Assembly (NCBI GenBank): GCA_965219415.1
Contig: CBDCNP010000002.1
Location: 5,024,001 to 5,088,000, forward strand
From: Candidatus Marinacidobacterales bacterium
GTDB lineage: Bacteria > Acidobacteriota > Vicinamibacteria > Marinacidobacterales > DATDRI01
Direction of reading: 5' to 3'
Length of the DNA stretch: 64,000 bases
In this document: positions 52,970 to 63,641 of the stretch, one piece after another
How positions within the stretch are numbered: the stretch's first letter is position 1
Layout of the letters: every line of letters begins with the position of its first letter
The notes under the pieces: model-generated
What the model was told of the DNA's origin: nothing
Database searches by the model: none
Seen by the model: only the letters and a program-made list of their open reading frames with translations
Translations under genes and position numbers: made by a program

Positions 52970-53814
52970 CTACGCGGCTGTGGGCAGTGGTACAGGTGCG
53001 GAAGAGACCGGGTTGCGCGCCCTACTGAGCACGAAAACCTCGATCCGCGACCACAAAGGAATCGTCGTCGCCAAGAAGATGTCTCGAAAGGTGAGCCGTC
53101 GCGTGGTCAGACCAGCCTGCATAGCCGGAGTTCGGATCTCACGTCCGAACTTCAGAGCTCCGTGCGGTCGGACGAAGTTGTAATAGCAACGGAGCAACTC
53201 CAGGTGCTCATCGAGCCTCTCCGTCGAGCGAGTGTGGGAAAGCGTTCGTCTCGAAAGGTATGCCGAGCTTTGCCGGATGGTCAGATTTAACCGCTCGATG
53301 AACGACGTGTTCAATGTCGAAGAGTCCTCGGAGTTATTGAGCGCGTCATCAAATCGCCACGCAGCTCCGTGCAGCGCTCTGCGTTCGACCTTGATGATGC
53401 GATCGTTCCTGCGCGTCTTGAGGACCTGGCCATAAAGACACGCCGGACCGAAGAAGCGACGGATGACTTTCTGGTAGAATTCGAATCCATCCGTGACGAT
53501 CAAGGGAAGACGCTCGAAATTCATCCGTCTCGAAAGGTCGCGAAACAGAGCGTGAGTGTTCCGGTAGCTTCGCCTTCCCGTCGCCGTCGATGGCCAGAGC
53601 CGAGACCAGACTTCGATTGTAACGAAGACCCAACTCGGTGTCTTCTTGTTGCCCGCGAACGTGCGAATCTCGTCGGCTTGAAGCTCTTCGGCGGCGAAGC
53701 CAGCGATCCTTCTGTGATTGAATCGACGACACACTTGGGCTGCCTTCTCGAGCCAGCGGGCGACGGTGTTCCAGGCAATCCCTTTGATCCGGGAAATCGA
53801 GGAAATGCTGACAC
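52970..53814 (-). pseudogene. IS1-like DDE transposase, 5'-truncated
   Basis: LQADE, VTDG, TSFIERLNLTIR, YYNFVRPH..TPAM.AGL; stop is followed by an IS1-like IR split by IS110. Confidence 0.8.
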
Positions 53815-55098
53815 TGTGCATCGTCAAAACTGCTCCGCCCACGAAATCAAGGACTTACGCTCCGCTTGAATTCCGGGCCGAAGACGGCGAAACTCCGCCG
53901 CTATGCTCAACGTTGTTGTCTTCCTCGTCTCACTTGGGGTCCGTGCCATTCGGGCGATGTGTCGGCGCCGCGCCGACCTGGTGTTGGAGAACGTCGCTTT
54001 GCGGCAGCAAGTGACGGCGCTGAAGAAAGAGCGCCCACGGCCCACCGCTCGACGACACGGAACGGGCTTTCTGGGTTGCCCTTCGAGGTTCGTGGCCCGT
54101 GTGGGCGAGCCGCCTGCTCATCGTCCACGCGGACACCGTAGCCCGTTGGCATCGCGACCGATTCCGACGGTACTGGGCAAAGATCTCGCAGCGCCGCCAT
54201 CCCGGTCGGCCTCGGATTGATGCCGAGATTCGTCGCCTCGTCCGCACGATGGCGCAAGACGGCTGGGGGGCGCCACGCATCCATGCTGAGCTCACCAAGC
54301 TCGGTTTCATCATCTCCGAGAGCACGGTGTCGCGATACCTGCCGCGGCGTCCCGCGGAGCCCGACCAGCTGAAACGATGGATGGCTTTCTTGCGCAACCA
54401 TAAAGACGATATCGCCGCCATGGATCTGTTCACCGTGCCCACCGCGTCGCTCCGGCTGCTGTACGGCTTCTTCGTCATCGAGCACGGTCGCCGGCACATC
54501 GTTCACTTCAACGCCACGTTCCACCCGACGTCTGCTTGGGTTATTCAGCAACTGCGTGAGGCGTTTCCCTACGACACCGCTCCGAGATATCTCATCTTCG
54601 ATCGCGACTTCATCTTTAACGCTGCGGTCATCGAGTTCATCAAGGCAACGGGCACAAAACCCGTTCGCACTTCGTTTCGCAGCCCATGGCAAAACGGAAC
54701 CGCGGAGCGGTGGGTCGGCAGCTGCCGTCGCGAGCTCCTTGAGCACGTCGTGGTTCTCGGCGCATGTCATCTCATCCGGCTCGTGCGAGCTTACATCAGC
54801 TACTATCACGAGGACCGTTGCCACTTGGGGCTGAACAAGGACACACCGAGCTTGAGAACGGTCACGCACCGACCGTCTCCTACGGCGAAAGTAGTCGCAC
54901 TGCCGCGAGTCGGTGGACTGCACCATCGATACGAGTGGCGAGAGGCAGCCTGAGTCAGCTTGGTCGCTCGCGTTACTCGGCTGGTCGCCGAGAAGTTCGT
55001 CCTCAGCACCTTCCCTCGCGCGCTGACCACGCTCTCCAGCATGTGCTCGAGGGCGGTCCGGGCCCTAGAGTCCAGTCCCGGATTAATGATGATGGACA
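53815..55098 (+). mobile_element. rve-integrase-domain element with TGT..ACA ends (IS481-like)
   Basis: Ends TGTGCATCGTCA / TGATGATGGACA; truncates neighbours on both sides. Confidence 0.7.
53903..54953 (+). pseudogene. rve-domain transposase (frameshifted at ~54030-54100)
   Basis: LENVALRQQ, WGAPRIHAEL, AMDLFTV, DRD, SPWQNG.AER, GGLHHRY. Confidence 0.85.
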
Positions 55099-55697
55099 GG
55101 CGCGGTTTCAAGTCATGGTGCGAAAACGCTGCTCTCGAGTACCGCTCACACTTGGGATTAAACTGCGACGACCCGCTTGATCCCCGCGACCTTGCTCGTC
55201 ACCTCGGCGTCTTGGTCTGGACTCCGCGCGAGGTGCCCGACGTCTCAGAGCAGAGCATCGAACAGCTGACGGAAGTCGACCCAAGCAGTTGGTCAGCCGT
55301 CACGGTCACCATTGGCGAACAGAACCTCGTCATCTTCAACACCGCACATGCGCAGACCCGCCAACGCAATAGCCTGGCACACGAACTTGCGCACGTAATA
55401 CTGAACCATCATCCTACCGCGACCAGCATCTCTGAGGAAGGGTTTTTATTCAGGGACCGTTTCGACACCGAACAGGAAGAGGAGGCTGACTGGCTCGCCG
55501 GTTCGTTGCTGTTGCCGCGGGACGGGCTACTAAGCGTGTATCAGAGGACTTCATCAACCGCAGGCATTGCCAGGACGTTTGGTGTCAGCACCCAATTGGT
55601 CGAGTGGCGTCTGCGGATGACTGGCATCATCAGGCAGACCGAACGCGCATCCCGAAAATGGCGGCGACCTGCTCCTCGAAAACTGGTTCAAAACTGA
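55086..55697 (+). CDS. ImmA/IrrE-family metallo-endopeptidase
   Basis: RQRNSLAHELAH, EQEEEADWLAGSLLLP, C-terminal HTH-like FGVS..V.WR. Confidence 0.88.
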   Translation: MMMDRRGFKSWCENAALEYRSHLGLNCDDPLDPRDLARHLGVLVWTPREVPDVSEQSIEQLTEVDPSSWSAVTVTIGEQNLVIFNTAHAQTRQRNSLAHELAHVILNHHPTATSISEEGFLFRDRFDTEQEEEADWLAGSLLLPRDGLLSVYQRTSSTAGIARTFGVSTQLVEWRLRMTGIIRQTERASRKWRRPAPRKLVQN

Positions 55698-56034
55698 GTT
55701 GAACTGGAGGTGAGAGGCGCGGTCACGAAGCGAAAATAGAATAGTTCAATCGCTGGATTCGGACTAGAGACACGTCCGTTAAGAAGCGAATTCTAGAAGA
55801 TAGTGAAGATGACTGTGCTGCCACGGGAAGATGGAGTGAAACTAATTTAGCTTGCGAGCCAATCCCCCAGCGTTCCGTTCGCGTTTTCGGATACGACGGG
55901 GTCAACTCCAATGTAATAGCCGTCTTGAGTTGGATACTTTTAACGGAACTCGGAGTATGATCAGAAGAGCGGGAGGGGTGGTCTACTACGATGGCTGAAG
56001 ATTCCGTCGAAGACTATGAGGGTTGACGTCTGCT

Positions 56035-56784
56035 ATGGGGAAGAAGACTTGGCTCAACCTCTTTGCCTTGAGCGACGAGTACGATCGTTGCGCTCGTCTA
56101 GCGCCCGCGCTCACGTCGCTGTTGCCGCTACTTCCACTGACGATCACACTCGGCGGAAGCCGTGTGGAGTGGGGCGCTGTTCTCGGCGGGACAACGGGGG
56201 TCTTCGCTCTTGGTTGGCTTGCACTCGCCAATCTTGCATCAGTGTTCGGTAACCGTTTGCAGAAGCAGCTGTGGCCCAACTGGCCGTTCGACGCACCGAC
56301 AAATGTCCGCCTCATGCCGGACAATCCCGATACTTCGCCGCAGCAACGATCCAGATGGTACGGGCAGATCAAGAAGATCACGGGCCTCGATTTGCAGGCC
56401 GAAGCGGAGCAAAGAAATACTGTAGTGGTCCGCGCCACGGTCAACGATGCGGTCGAACGACTCCGCAACCATTACAGACGTGGGAAGAGTCGTTCTCGCT
56501 ACGAGCAGGAAAACATCCGATATGGATACGCCCGCAATCTTGTCGGCCTGCGTCCCGTGTGGCTTGCCTTGTCTGCCTTTGGTTGCCTTGGATCTTGGGC
56601 AGCGCATCTTTGGGCCCATGGTGATTTCTCCTGGGCGATGATTTCGACGGTCGCTCTTGTCGTCCTAGCGCTAATTGCGCGTATCTTGCCAGCTTATGTT
56701 CGAACGCGCGCGCGGTACTACACGGAGGTCTTCTTTCAACTCCTAGACGAGGAGGCCTCGCGGCGCGGTGACGATGCGGTTTGA
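56035..56784 (+). CDS. Uncharacterised 4-TM membrane protein
   Basis: Two N-terminal and two C-terminal TM helices around a soluble domain ending ENIRYGYARNL; overlaps the next gene. Confidence 0.75.
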   Translation: MGKKTWLNLFALSDEYDRCARLAPALTSLLPLLPLTITLGGSRVEWGAVLGGTTGVFALGWLALANLASVFGNRLQKQLWPNWPFDAPTNVRLMPDNPDTSPQQRSRWYGQIKKITGLDLQAEAEQRNTVVVRATVNDAVERLRNHYRRGKSRSRYEQENIRYGYARNLVGLRPVWLALSAFGCLGSWAAHLWAHGDFSWAMISTVALVVLALIARILPAYVRTRARYYTEVFFQLLDEEASRRGDDAV

Positions 56785-57553
56785 AATCCTCAACGTCGAC
56801 CACGGATTCTGTGCTTACGCCCAAGGCTCGGATGGGCGAGTACTTCTGTTTGATTGCGGGCATTCCGACAACATCCGTCCGTCGCAGTATCTTCCAGCCC
56901 GAGGGATTAATGTTGTCCAGCGTTTCTTCGTGATGAACTACGACGAGGACCATATCAGCGATCTGCTTGCAGTGCGTCGCAACCTCGACATTCGCATCCT
57001 TACGCGCAACTCAAGTCTCACATCGTCGCAGATTCGGTCTCTGAAGACACTGCCGATCAGTCCCTCCATGAAAGAACTCCTCGGCATGGTCGACACGTTC
57101 ACCGCTGAAATTGAGGCGTGGGATCTGGAGCCAGCGGGCCTTCAGGTGAGGTTTTTCTACAACAATTACCCCGTGTTCACTGATACCAACAATCTCAGCT
57201 TACTTGTTTTCCTGGACGTTGGAAGCGTTTCGTTTGCTCTGGCCGGTGACCTTGAGCGAGCTGGTTGGCTTGAACTCCTCGAGAATCCGGGTGTACGCAC
57301 TCTACTTGGGTCCGTCAACGTCTTTGTGGCCTCACACCACGGACGCGAAAACGGGTATTGCAAGGAGGTATTCGATTTTTGTTCTCCTTCGCTTATCGTG
57401 ATGTCTGATGGAACCATCCAATACGATACTCAGAAGATGGCTACCACCTACGCGCAACACGCGAGCGGCGAGTATTTCGTCTCCGGGGGGACCCGGGAAT
57501 TCCGCAAGGTCGTCACAACTCGAAAAGACGGGAACATATTCTGGGAAATCTAA
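56774..57553 (+). CDS. ComEC/Rec2-like metallo-beta-lactamase-fold hydrolase
   Basis: NVDHG, FDCG, NYDEDH, NNLS, AGD, ASHHG. Confidence 0.82.
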   Translation: MRFEILNVDHGFCAYAQGSDGRVLLFDCGHSDNIRPSQYLPARGINVVQRFFVMNYDEDHISDLLAVRRNLDIRILTRNSSLTSSQIRSLKTLPISPSMKELLGMVDTFTAEIEAWDLEPAGLQVRFFYNNYPVFTDTNNLSLLVFLDVGSVSFALAGDLERAGWLELLENPGVRTLLGSVNVFVASHHGRENGYCKEVFDFCSPSLIVMSDGTIQYDTQKMATTYAQHASGEYFVSGGTREFRKVVTTRKDGNIFWEI

Positions 57554-57589
57554 GTGTGGCCAGCAGCCTCGATGAAGGTGACCTGACCC

Positions 57590-57780
57590 CGTCGTGTCCA
57601 AAAACACAAACGAACTCAAGACCGGTGCGCCGGGGCGTTTCGGATGAGAGGTGTCTAGGGTTGGTTGGCAATGGGAGCTAGAATGAGAGGTCTGCTCGGG
57701 AGCGCCTATCGCAGAGCCAATGCCGCGTCGGCTGGTCTCTGCGAATTTCGAGAACGCCGTTCGGGTTTTCGGACACGACG
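57590..57780 (+). mobile_element. 191-bp MITE
   Basis: Terminal IR CGTCGTGTCCAAAAAC / GTTTTCGGACACGACG; no coding capacity. Confidence 0.75.
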
Positions 57781-57852
57781 CCATTGAGCAGAGCTACCCT
57801 CCTTGGCCCGGTCGCAAACACAGTCACTAAGCTGCTGATTTGATGGTGAAAT

Positions 57853-58290
57853 TCAAGAGGGCCGAGTTTTGGCACAGGACGGGGTCGCGGCTGGAACTGA
57901 TTGGCTTGCCGGCGCCGTTTCTTCCCGGACTGCTAGTGCTTCCGCTAGTGCTGTGTCTAGTACTGCATTGGCTGCATCTTGGTCTGCCCATGCTGCGTCC
58001 AGCATCGCATCGGTAGCGGCGGAAAGCGCTGTTTGCACCTCTTCCTTCGTTCTTCCGGCAGCGCGTTGTCGGGCTGCCCAGGCTGTCGCTGACTTTAGCC
58101 AAGTGCTCTGTGGTTCCGTACTTTCTGCGGGGAGTGGATCGATCAAATCCGCGCTTTTAGTTTGCTCTATGCGTTGGTCGGCGCTTTCTGATGCCGCGCT
58201 GGAAGGGGCTGTCTCATTCTCTGGAGCAGGCACCAGCAAGGCGATCAATAGCAGTAGACCAATTCCGATGAGCACTGTCTTCGTCGTCAT
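57853..58290 (-). CDS. Membrane-anchored hypothetical protein; 3' end runs into a transposon end
   Basis: N-terminal TM, Ala-rich helices; last codons come from the type-B repeat ending at 57881. Confidence 0.6.
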   Translation of the reverse strand: MTTKTVLIGIGLLLLIALLVPAPENETAPSSAASESADQRIEQTKSADLIDPLPAESTEPQSTWLKSATAWAARQRAAGRTKEEVQTALSAATDAMLDAAWADQDAANAVLDTALAEALAVREETAPASQSVPAATPSCAKTRPS

Positions 58291-58426
58291 CGAGCCGCAC
58301 TCTCAACGAGCGTTCTGCGCCAGCATCCTGGAGCCGCTTCACCGCTGCGTGCCCGGGCGTCACCGAAATTCGGGATGGAGGTCTGTGATGCTAACTGAAC
58401 TAGGAAGACAATTTTCGCATTATACC

Positions 58427-59518
58427 CATCGTGTCCAAGAACACCAACGGACACAAGACCGGCGCGCCGAGACGTTTCGGATTAAACATGAGCACGTCGG
58501 TCCAGCCCTTCACATGGTTGGTGGTCTCCATCGCTGGTTGGACCAGCGTGACCAACGGACTGCTATCGTCTACTGGCTCGAGGAGAACAGAGTCCTCGTA
58601 TGCCCAGCCGGTGGACGCCACCACGCGGGACGCGCCGGTGATCGAGCCGCTGCGGACCGTAATCGCGGCCAATCCAAAGATGCCGGGAATTTACTGATGG
58701 ACAATCACTTCATCCAGGGAGCAGATTGGTCAAGCAGGTCAATCGTGAGAATATTGGACCGAGCATGAAGAAACGTTCCCTCCGATACGCTGGCGACCAG
58801 GCCGTTCGCACTCTATTGGAACGTTATGCGTGCCCGACGTCATTCCATGTCGTCCGCACACGACTCCTCGGCAACATCGCGACGCCCAAGCTCGACGCAT
58901 CGCCACTCCGAGCTATAGAGAGCTGTTGGGAAGGTGAGTTGCCGGGGTTCGACAATGTCGGCGCAGCCAGTGAGCTATTCGAGTCCCTGATGGGGCTTTG
59001 GAACGAACTGGCAAGGCATCAATCGGCAACCAAGCCGTTCCGTTTGACACGGATGGAGGCCAAGCCGGATACGGATGACATTCGCCGCTTGTGCCGGACC
59101 CGCACCGAGGAGCTTGAAGGCTTCATCGACGGACTGTTCGGTGACGCGGAGTCCATGGAGCTGCCCGAACGGGCCAACGAGGCTCTGGACAACCTCGGCC
59201 AGATCTATGCCATGACCCGCGGTATCATCGATCTCCTGAAGAGAGAGTCGGCATCAGAGGGGGACCTTAGGGGAATTCTCAAGGACATTGGGGAGCTCTC
59301 ACACATCGCAGAGAAAGAACTGCACGCAGTGATGCTTGCCTGCAATCGCGCCCGCCAACAGACCCTTTCCACTATCGCCGTGGGCAAACCCACCGTCCAT
59401 TGAAGGGAAGTGTCACAAACAGCCGGAAGTAGTTCTCACCAGGGCGATGTCCCGGGAGTGGCGTCGCTCAGATGCCGACTTGTAACGTTGCCAGTGGATC
59501 AAGTTTTGGCACAGGGCG
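58427..59518 (+). mobile_element. Putative non-autonomous element with passenger gene
   Basis: Type-A end, decayed transposase start (..SIAGW..EENRVL), cargo ORF, end GTTTTGGCACAGGGCG. Confidence 0.5.
58765..59403 (+). CDS. Hypothetical alpha-helical protein
   Basis: 212-aa ORF with protein-like composition. Confidence 0.7.
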   Translation: MKKRSLRYAGDQAVRTLLERYACPTSFHVVRTRLLGNIATPKLDASPLRAIESCWEGELPGFDNVGAASELFESLMGLWNELARHQSATKPFRLTRMEAKPDTDDIRRLCRTRTEELEGFIDGLFGDAESMELPERANEALDNLGQIYAMTRGIIDLLKRESASEGDLRGILKDIGELSHIAEKELHAVMLACNRARQQTLSTIAVGKPTVH

Positions 59519-59525
59519 GGGTGAA

Positions 59526-61508
59526 CTAACTTTCCTGCGCGCCATACTGGGGACCGGCAAAGAGAGCAATAAGGAATCCGGCCGCCAAGCGGATCTCTCG
59601 CAGCATATTGAGACCGATACGATCCACTCTGAGCAGCACCCATACCCGTCCATGGCGTAGTCGCTCGTGGAAACTTGCCCAATAATTCTCGAGATCCCGC
59701 CGGGTCTCTCGGAGTCGACTCACACGAAGCACGGAAAGCTTCTCCCGCGCCAGGCTCAGACGCGAAGGGACCTCCAGTGATGGCGTACGGGTACGGGTGC
59801 GAGCGAAGGCCGTCTGGAGCTCCGACACGCGGAGGCTACGCCGGAGCTCGTTGCGCATCCGGCCCAGCTCTTCCACCACTCGATTCTCCGTCTCACTTCG
59901 CCGGCGCGTTTGGAGCCAGAGCTCTTCCATCTCCAAGGTCAGGCGGATGGTGTCGCGACAGTACCGATAGATCTCGGGAGCGCGCCGAAAAGCGTGAGCC
60001 AGCCAACCCTCGCGGGTGTATCCGGGGCGTCTCGTCCTTCGATCCTTGAGACGGAAAAACCCTGCGATCATGGGATGCGTTCCTTCATTCAAGGCCGAGT
60101 TCTTGTACCAATAGAAATTCCGCAGGATGCCCCAGTAGTTCTTGGGATCGGCGTTCGACAAGATCTCCCTCATGTTGTCGAACGAATAGAACGTCCGCCA
60201 TGCTTTCTTGTACGCGCGCGTCCAGGCGCCGTTCTTCATGAGTGGGTGCGGCAAACTTTCGTGGAAAGAATCGTAGGTGTTGAAGTCGGGATCGAGCTTT
60301 GTCCCCGCCTCCACCATCGCCTTATGGTCCCTGGAACCCGGCAGGGGCGTCATCATGAAAAACGAAGCCCGCTGCGGTCGAACTTCCGACATCAGCCCGA
60401 CAACATCCTCATGGATGCTCTCCTCGGTATCCTTCGGGAAACCAATGATGTAGCCGACGTGGGTGCTCACCTTTGCCGCGTGCCAGGCGTCTATCAGCTC
60501 GCGGTACTGTTTCACGTGGTTCTGCGTCTTCCCCACATCTTTGAGATTGCGAGGATTGATACTTTCCATCCCGATGAACACGTTGCTACAACCTGCACAG
60601 GCCGCTTTTTCCACGAATCGTGGAATCTTGTAAGAGAGGGTATCCACCTGGATCATAAACGTGACCGGAACTCCCTCCTCTTCCTTGAGCTTGATCAGAC
60701 GATCGAACACCTCCTCCCACGACGGGTTTCGAGCGAAATCGTCGTCGGTGAAGAAATAGAAATCGATACCATGCTCCAAGTAGTTCTGACGTAGCGTCTC
60801 GGCGATGCATTCGGGAGAGCGGTGACGGCTCTTTCGGCCCTGCACGTTGATGATGGTACAAAAAGAACAATTGAAGGGGCAGCCGCGACTGCAGTCTACA
60901 GTACCAAAATTGGAGGAAAGGAACTTTCGTAGGTAAGCCGTGTTGATGAGAGGCCGCGGGGCCTCGAAGAGATCAGGGAGGTCGTTCAAGAATCGATAGA
61001 TCGGTTGCAACTCGTCGATGAACGCATCTCGCAGCAACTGATCCCAGCGATGTTCCACTTCTCCGGCGACCACGGTGACGCCGGCGTCCAACAGGCGCTG
61101 TATCTCCGGGGAGATTTCTGGGAAAAGAGCCATGACACCGCTCACGTGGAAGCCACCGATGAGCACTTGAACTCCGTCCTTGCGCAACTCCAACGCGATG
61201 TCGGATGCACGGCAGAACTGGTTGCTCTGCACTCCGACCAGACAAACCACCACCTTTTCGTTCTTGCGGCGGTTTATTCGTGCGATCTTACCGAGCGGGA
61301 GCTTGTCCACCGCCTCATCGAAGGTCTGAACGCGTAGATCCACCATCCTCAGGAGGCGCCGGCGCCTCACCTCCTCGGTCAGGCCGTGCAAGCAGGCCAG
61401 CGTATTGCTTGGAAGAACCCCTCGCCAATGCCGCATCACGTAGCCTTGGTCGTCGTACTTGGACGGCTTTATGAGAAAAACACGGAAGATTGACGGCTGG
61501 GAGCTCAT
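59526..61508 (-). CDS. Radical SAM protein with N-terminal cobalamin-binding-like domain
   Basis: IGGFHVS, GEVE, SRGCPFNCSFC, FTDD, IGMES, TPLPGS. Confidence 0.88.
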   Translation of the reverse strand: MSSQPSIFRVFLIKPSKYDDQGYVMRHWRGVLPSNTLACLHGLTEEVRRRRLLRMVDLRVQTFDEAVDKLPLGKIARINRRKNEKVVVCLVGVQSNQFCRASDIALELRKDGVQVLIGGFHVSGVMALFPEISPEIQRLLDAGVTVVAGEVEHRWDQLLRDAFIDELQPIYRFLNDLPDLFEAPRPLINTAYLRKFLSSNFGTVDCSRGCPFNCSFCTIINVQGRKSRHRSPECIAETLRQNYLEHGIDFYFFTDDDFARNPSWEEVFDRLIKLKEEEGVPVTFMIQVDTLSYKIPRFVEKAACAGCSNVFIGMESINPRNLKDVGKTQNHVKQYRELIDAWHAAKVSTHVGYIIGFPKDTEESIHEDVVGLMSEVRPQRASFFMMTPLPGSRDHKAMVEAGTKLDPDFNTYDSFHESLPHPLMKNGAWTRAYKKAWRTFYSFDNMREILSNADPKNYWGILRNFYWYKNSALNEGTHPMIAGFFRLKDRRTRRPGYTREGWLAHAFRRAPEIYRYCRDTIRLTLEMEELWLQTRRRSETENRVVEELGRMRNELRRSLRVSELQTAFARTRTRTPSLEVPSRLSLAREKLSVLRVSRLRETRRDLENYWASFHERLRHGRVWVLLRVDRIGLNMLREIRLAAGFLIALFAGPQYGAQES

Positions 61509-61660
61509 CGGGGAACCTCCGCTGCACCATAGACCAGGAGCTTCGCTTCGTCAATAGGTGGGGAGCGTGTCGCGCCCGTCAAGCTGCCCGCACGCGACCC
61601 GGGCCAAGGGTCGTAGGCTTTACAATCGTCTGGCCCGAGGGTGTTATCTTCGAATCCATC

Positions 61661-61985
61661 ATGACGTACCATGTGCAATCCTTCCTGTTCGTTCTGGCTG
61701 GTTGGGTCAACCGACAGCAGCAGGATGTGATTGACTACCTGCGAGAGGAGAACCGTGTGCTCCGAGCCCGGGCTTCGGGGCAAACGTCTCAAGCTCTCGG
61801 ACGACGACCGGCGCAGGCTCGCCGTCAAGGCCCAGACTTTGGGCCGCGAGGTGCTGGCCGAGATTGCGTCCGTTGCCACACCCGCTACGCTTCTGCGCTG
61901 GTACCGCTGCCTCATCGCAGCCAAGTACGATGCACCAAGAAACCGAAGTCCAGGCCGACCTCCGACGGCGAAGGACATCCGTGTG
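61661..61985 (+). pseudogene. rve-family transposase N-terminal fragment, cut by IS21
   Basis: LAGWVNRQQQDVIDYLREENRVL, then (shifted) DRRRLAVKA..TPATLLRWYR.LIA.KYD..PGRP. Confidence 0.8.
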
Positions 61986-62086
61986 TGTTTGCTACTCTGT
62001 TTTGGCCCATATTGATCGTCTGATTTGGCCCACCCGTATCGAACCGTTAGTCTTCCCGGGGCGAAGTCCCGGGAAGGAGGTGTCGG

Positions 62087-63641
62087 TTGGAAAGGGGTGC
62101 CAAAGTGCGACTGTTCGAGCAGATGAGGCGAGAGTACGAACGCGGAGTTGGAACGATTCAAGGAGTTGCAACGAAGTACGGTGTTCACCGACGAATGGTG
62201 CGACAGGCCCTGGAGAAGGCTGTGCCACGGGAGCGTAAATGTCCAGAACGGGCGTCACCGAAACTGGGTCCAGTGGTCGAGTTCATCGACGGGATTCTGG
62301 AAGGAGACAAGCGAGCCCCGCGCAAACAGCGTCACACGGCTCATCGAATCTGGAGTCGTGTGATTGAGGAGTATCCGGGACATGAGATAGCGGAACCAAC
62401 GATACGTCGCTACGTAGGTCGTCGGAGGCGAGAGCTGGGGTTGAAGGACGCCGAAGTGTTCGTGCCCCAGAGTTACGAGTGGGGCGGTGAAGGCCAAGTG
62501 GACTGGTACGAGGCTCACTCACGGATCGGAGGGCGAGAGCAGAAGGTCTACGTGCTGGTGGTTCGGAGCATGGCAAGCGGAGGGGCGTTGCATCGAGGGT
62601 ATCCGCGTCCGACGCAGCAAGCGTTTTTCGAAGCGCACGAGAAGGCGTTCGAGTTTTTCGGCGGGGTGTTCCACCGGCTGCGTTACGACAACCTATCGCT
62701 GGCGGTGAGGAAGATCCTTCGGGGTCACCAACGTGAGCAAACAGAACGGTTCATCATGTTTCGCTCGCATTGGAGTTTTGAGTCGGAATTTTGCAATCCG
62801 AGCCGTGGAAACGAGAAAGGCGGTGTGGAAAGCGAGGTCGGCTACTTCCGCCGCAATCACTGGACGCCGGTCCCTGAGTTCACGGATTGGGAAGAGCTGA
62901 ACGACTACCTGCTGACGTGTTGCCGCAAGGAGGAGAAACGTCACATCTCCGGCAAAGCACATACGGTTGGTGTTGGGATGGAGTACGAACGCGAGCACCT
63001 GTTGCCACTGGCGACGCAGGGTTTCGAGCTCGAAGAAAGACGAATCGGTCTGGTGGATAAGAAGGGTTGCGTCCGTGCGGGCACGAACTGGTACTCGACG
63101 CCGCTCAAGCGCGGCCAACGTGCGGTGGCCAAGCTGATGCCGCTTGAAGTTGAGGTCTGGCACGAGGGACGCCGGGTGGCGCGTCACGAACGCTGCTACG
63201 ACCGCATGAAACAAGTACTAGATCTTGAACACTACTTGGACGTCCTCGAGCGCAAACCCGGAGCCTTAGCCGGGTCGACGCCTCTGGCGCAGTGGCGCGA
63301 GCAAGGACGGTGGCCAGCGAGCTACGATGAAGTGTGGAAGCGATTGAATCGTCGTCACGGGCAAGCAAGAAGGCACGCGTCAGATGATCGAACTCGTGCA
63401 GCTTGGACGCCGACACGGTTACGACCAGCTAAGAGATACGTTGCGTGTGGCGCTTGAGATCGGCTGTATCGATGCAGACGCGATTCGGCACCTTGTCGAG
63501 TCTCCATCGCTTTCGCGCGCGGCATCGTCAGAGCTAGTCCAATCTCAACTCGGTGAGCTGGCGCGCTACGAACGTCCTCTACCTCACGTGGGTCACTACG
63601 ACCGACTCGTGGATGAGCAGGCACACGAGGTAAGTCGATGA
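62087..63641 (+). CDS. istA: IS21 transposase IstA (frameshift near 63370)
   Basis: [35 protein letters not shown]. Confidence 0.88.

Noticed and set aside
53907-54926. Long antisense ORFs (e.g. 53907-54926, 44174-45127, 9605-10582, 59910-60794)
   Set aside because: Shadows of real genes on the opposite strand in GC-rich DNA; no recognisable motifs.
46400-59520. Integron cassette array / attC sites as the IS1111 target
   Set aside because: No tyrosine integrase and no paired RYYYAAC..GTTRRRY palindromes; the target is better explained as an IS1-like IR.
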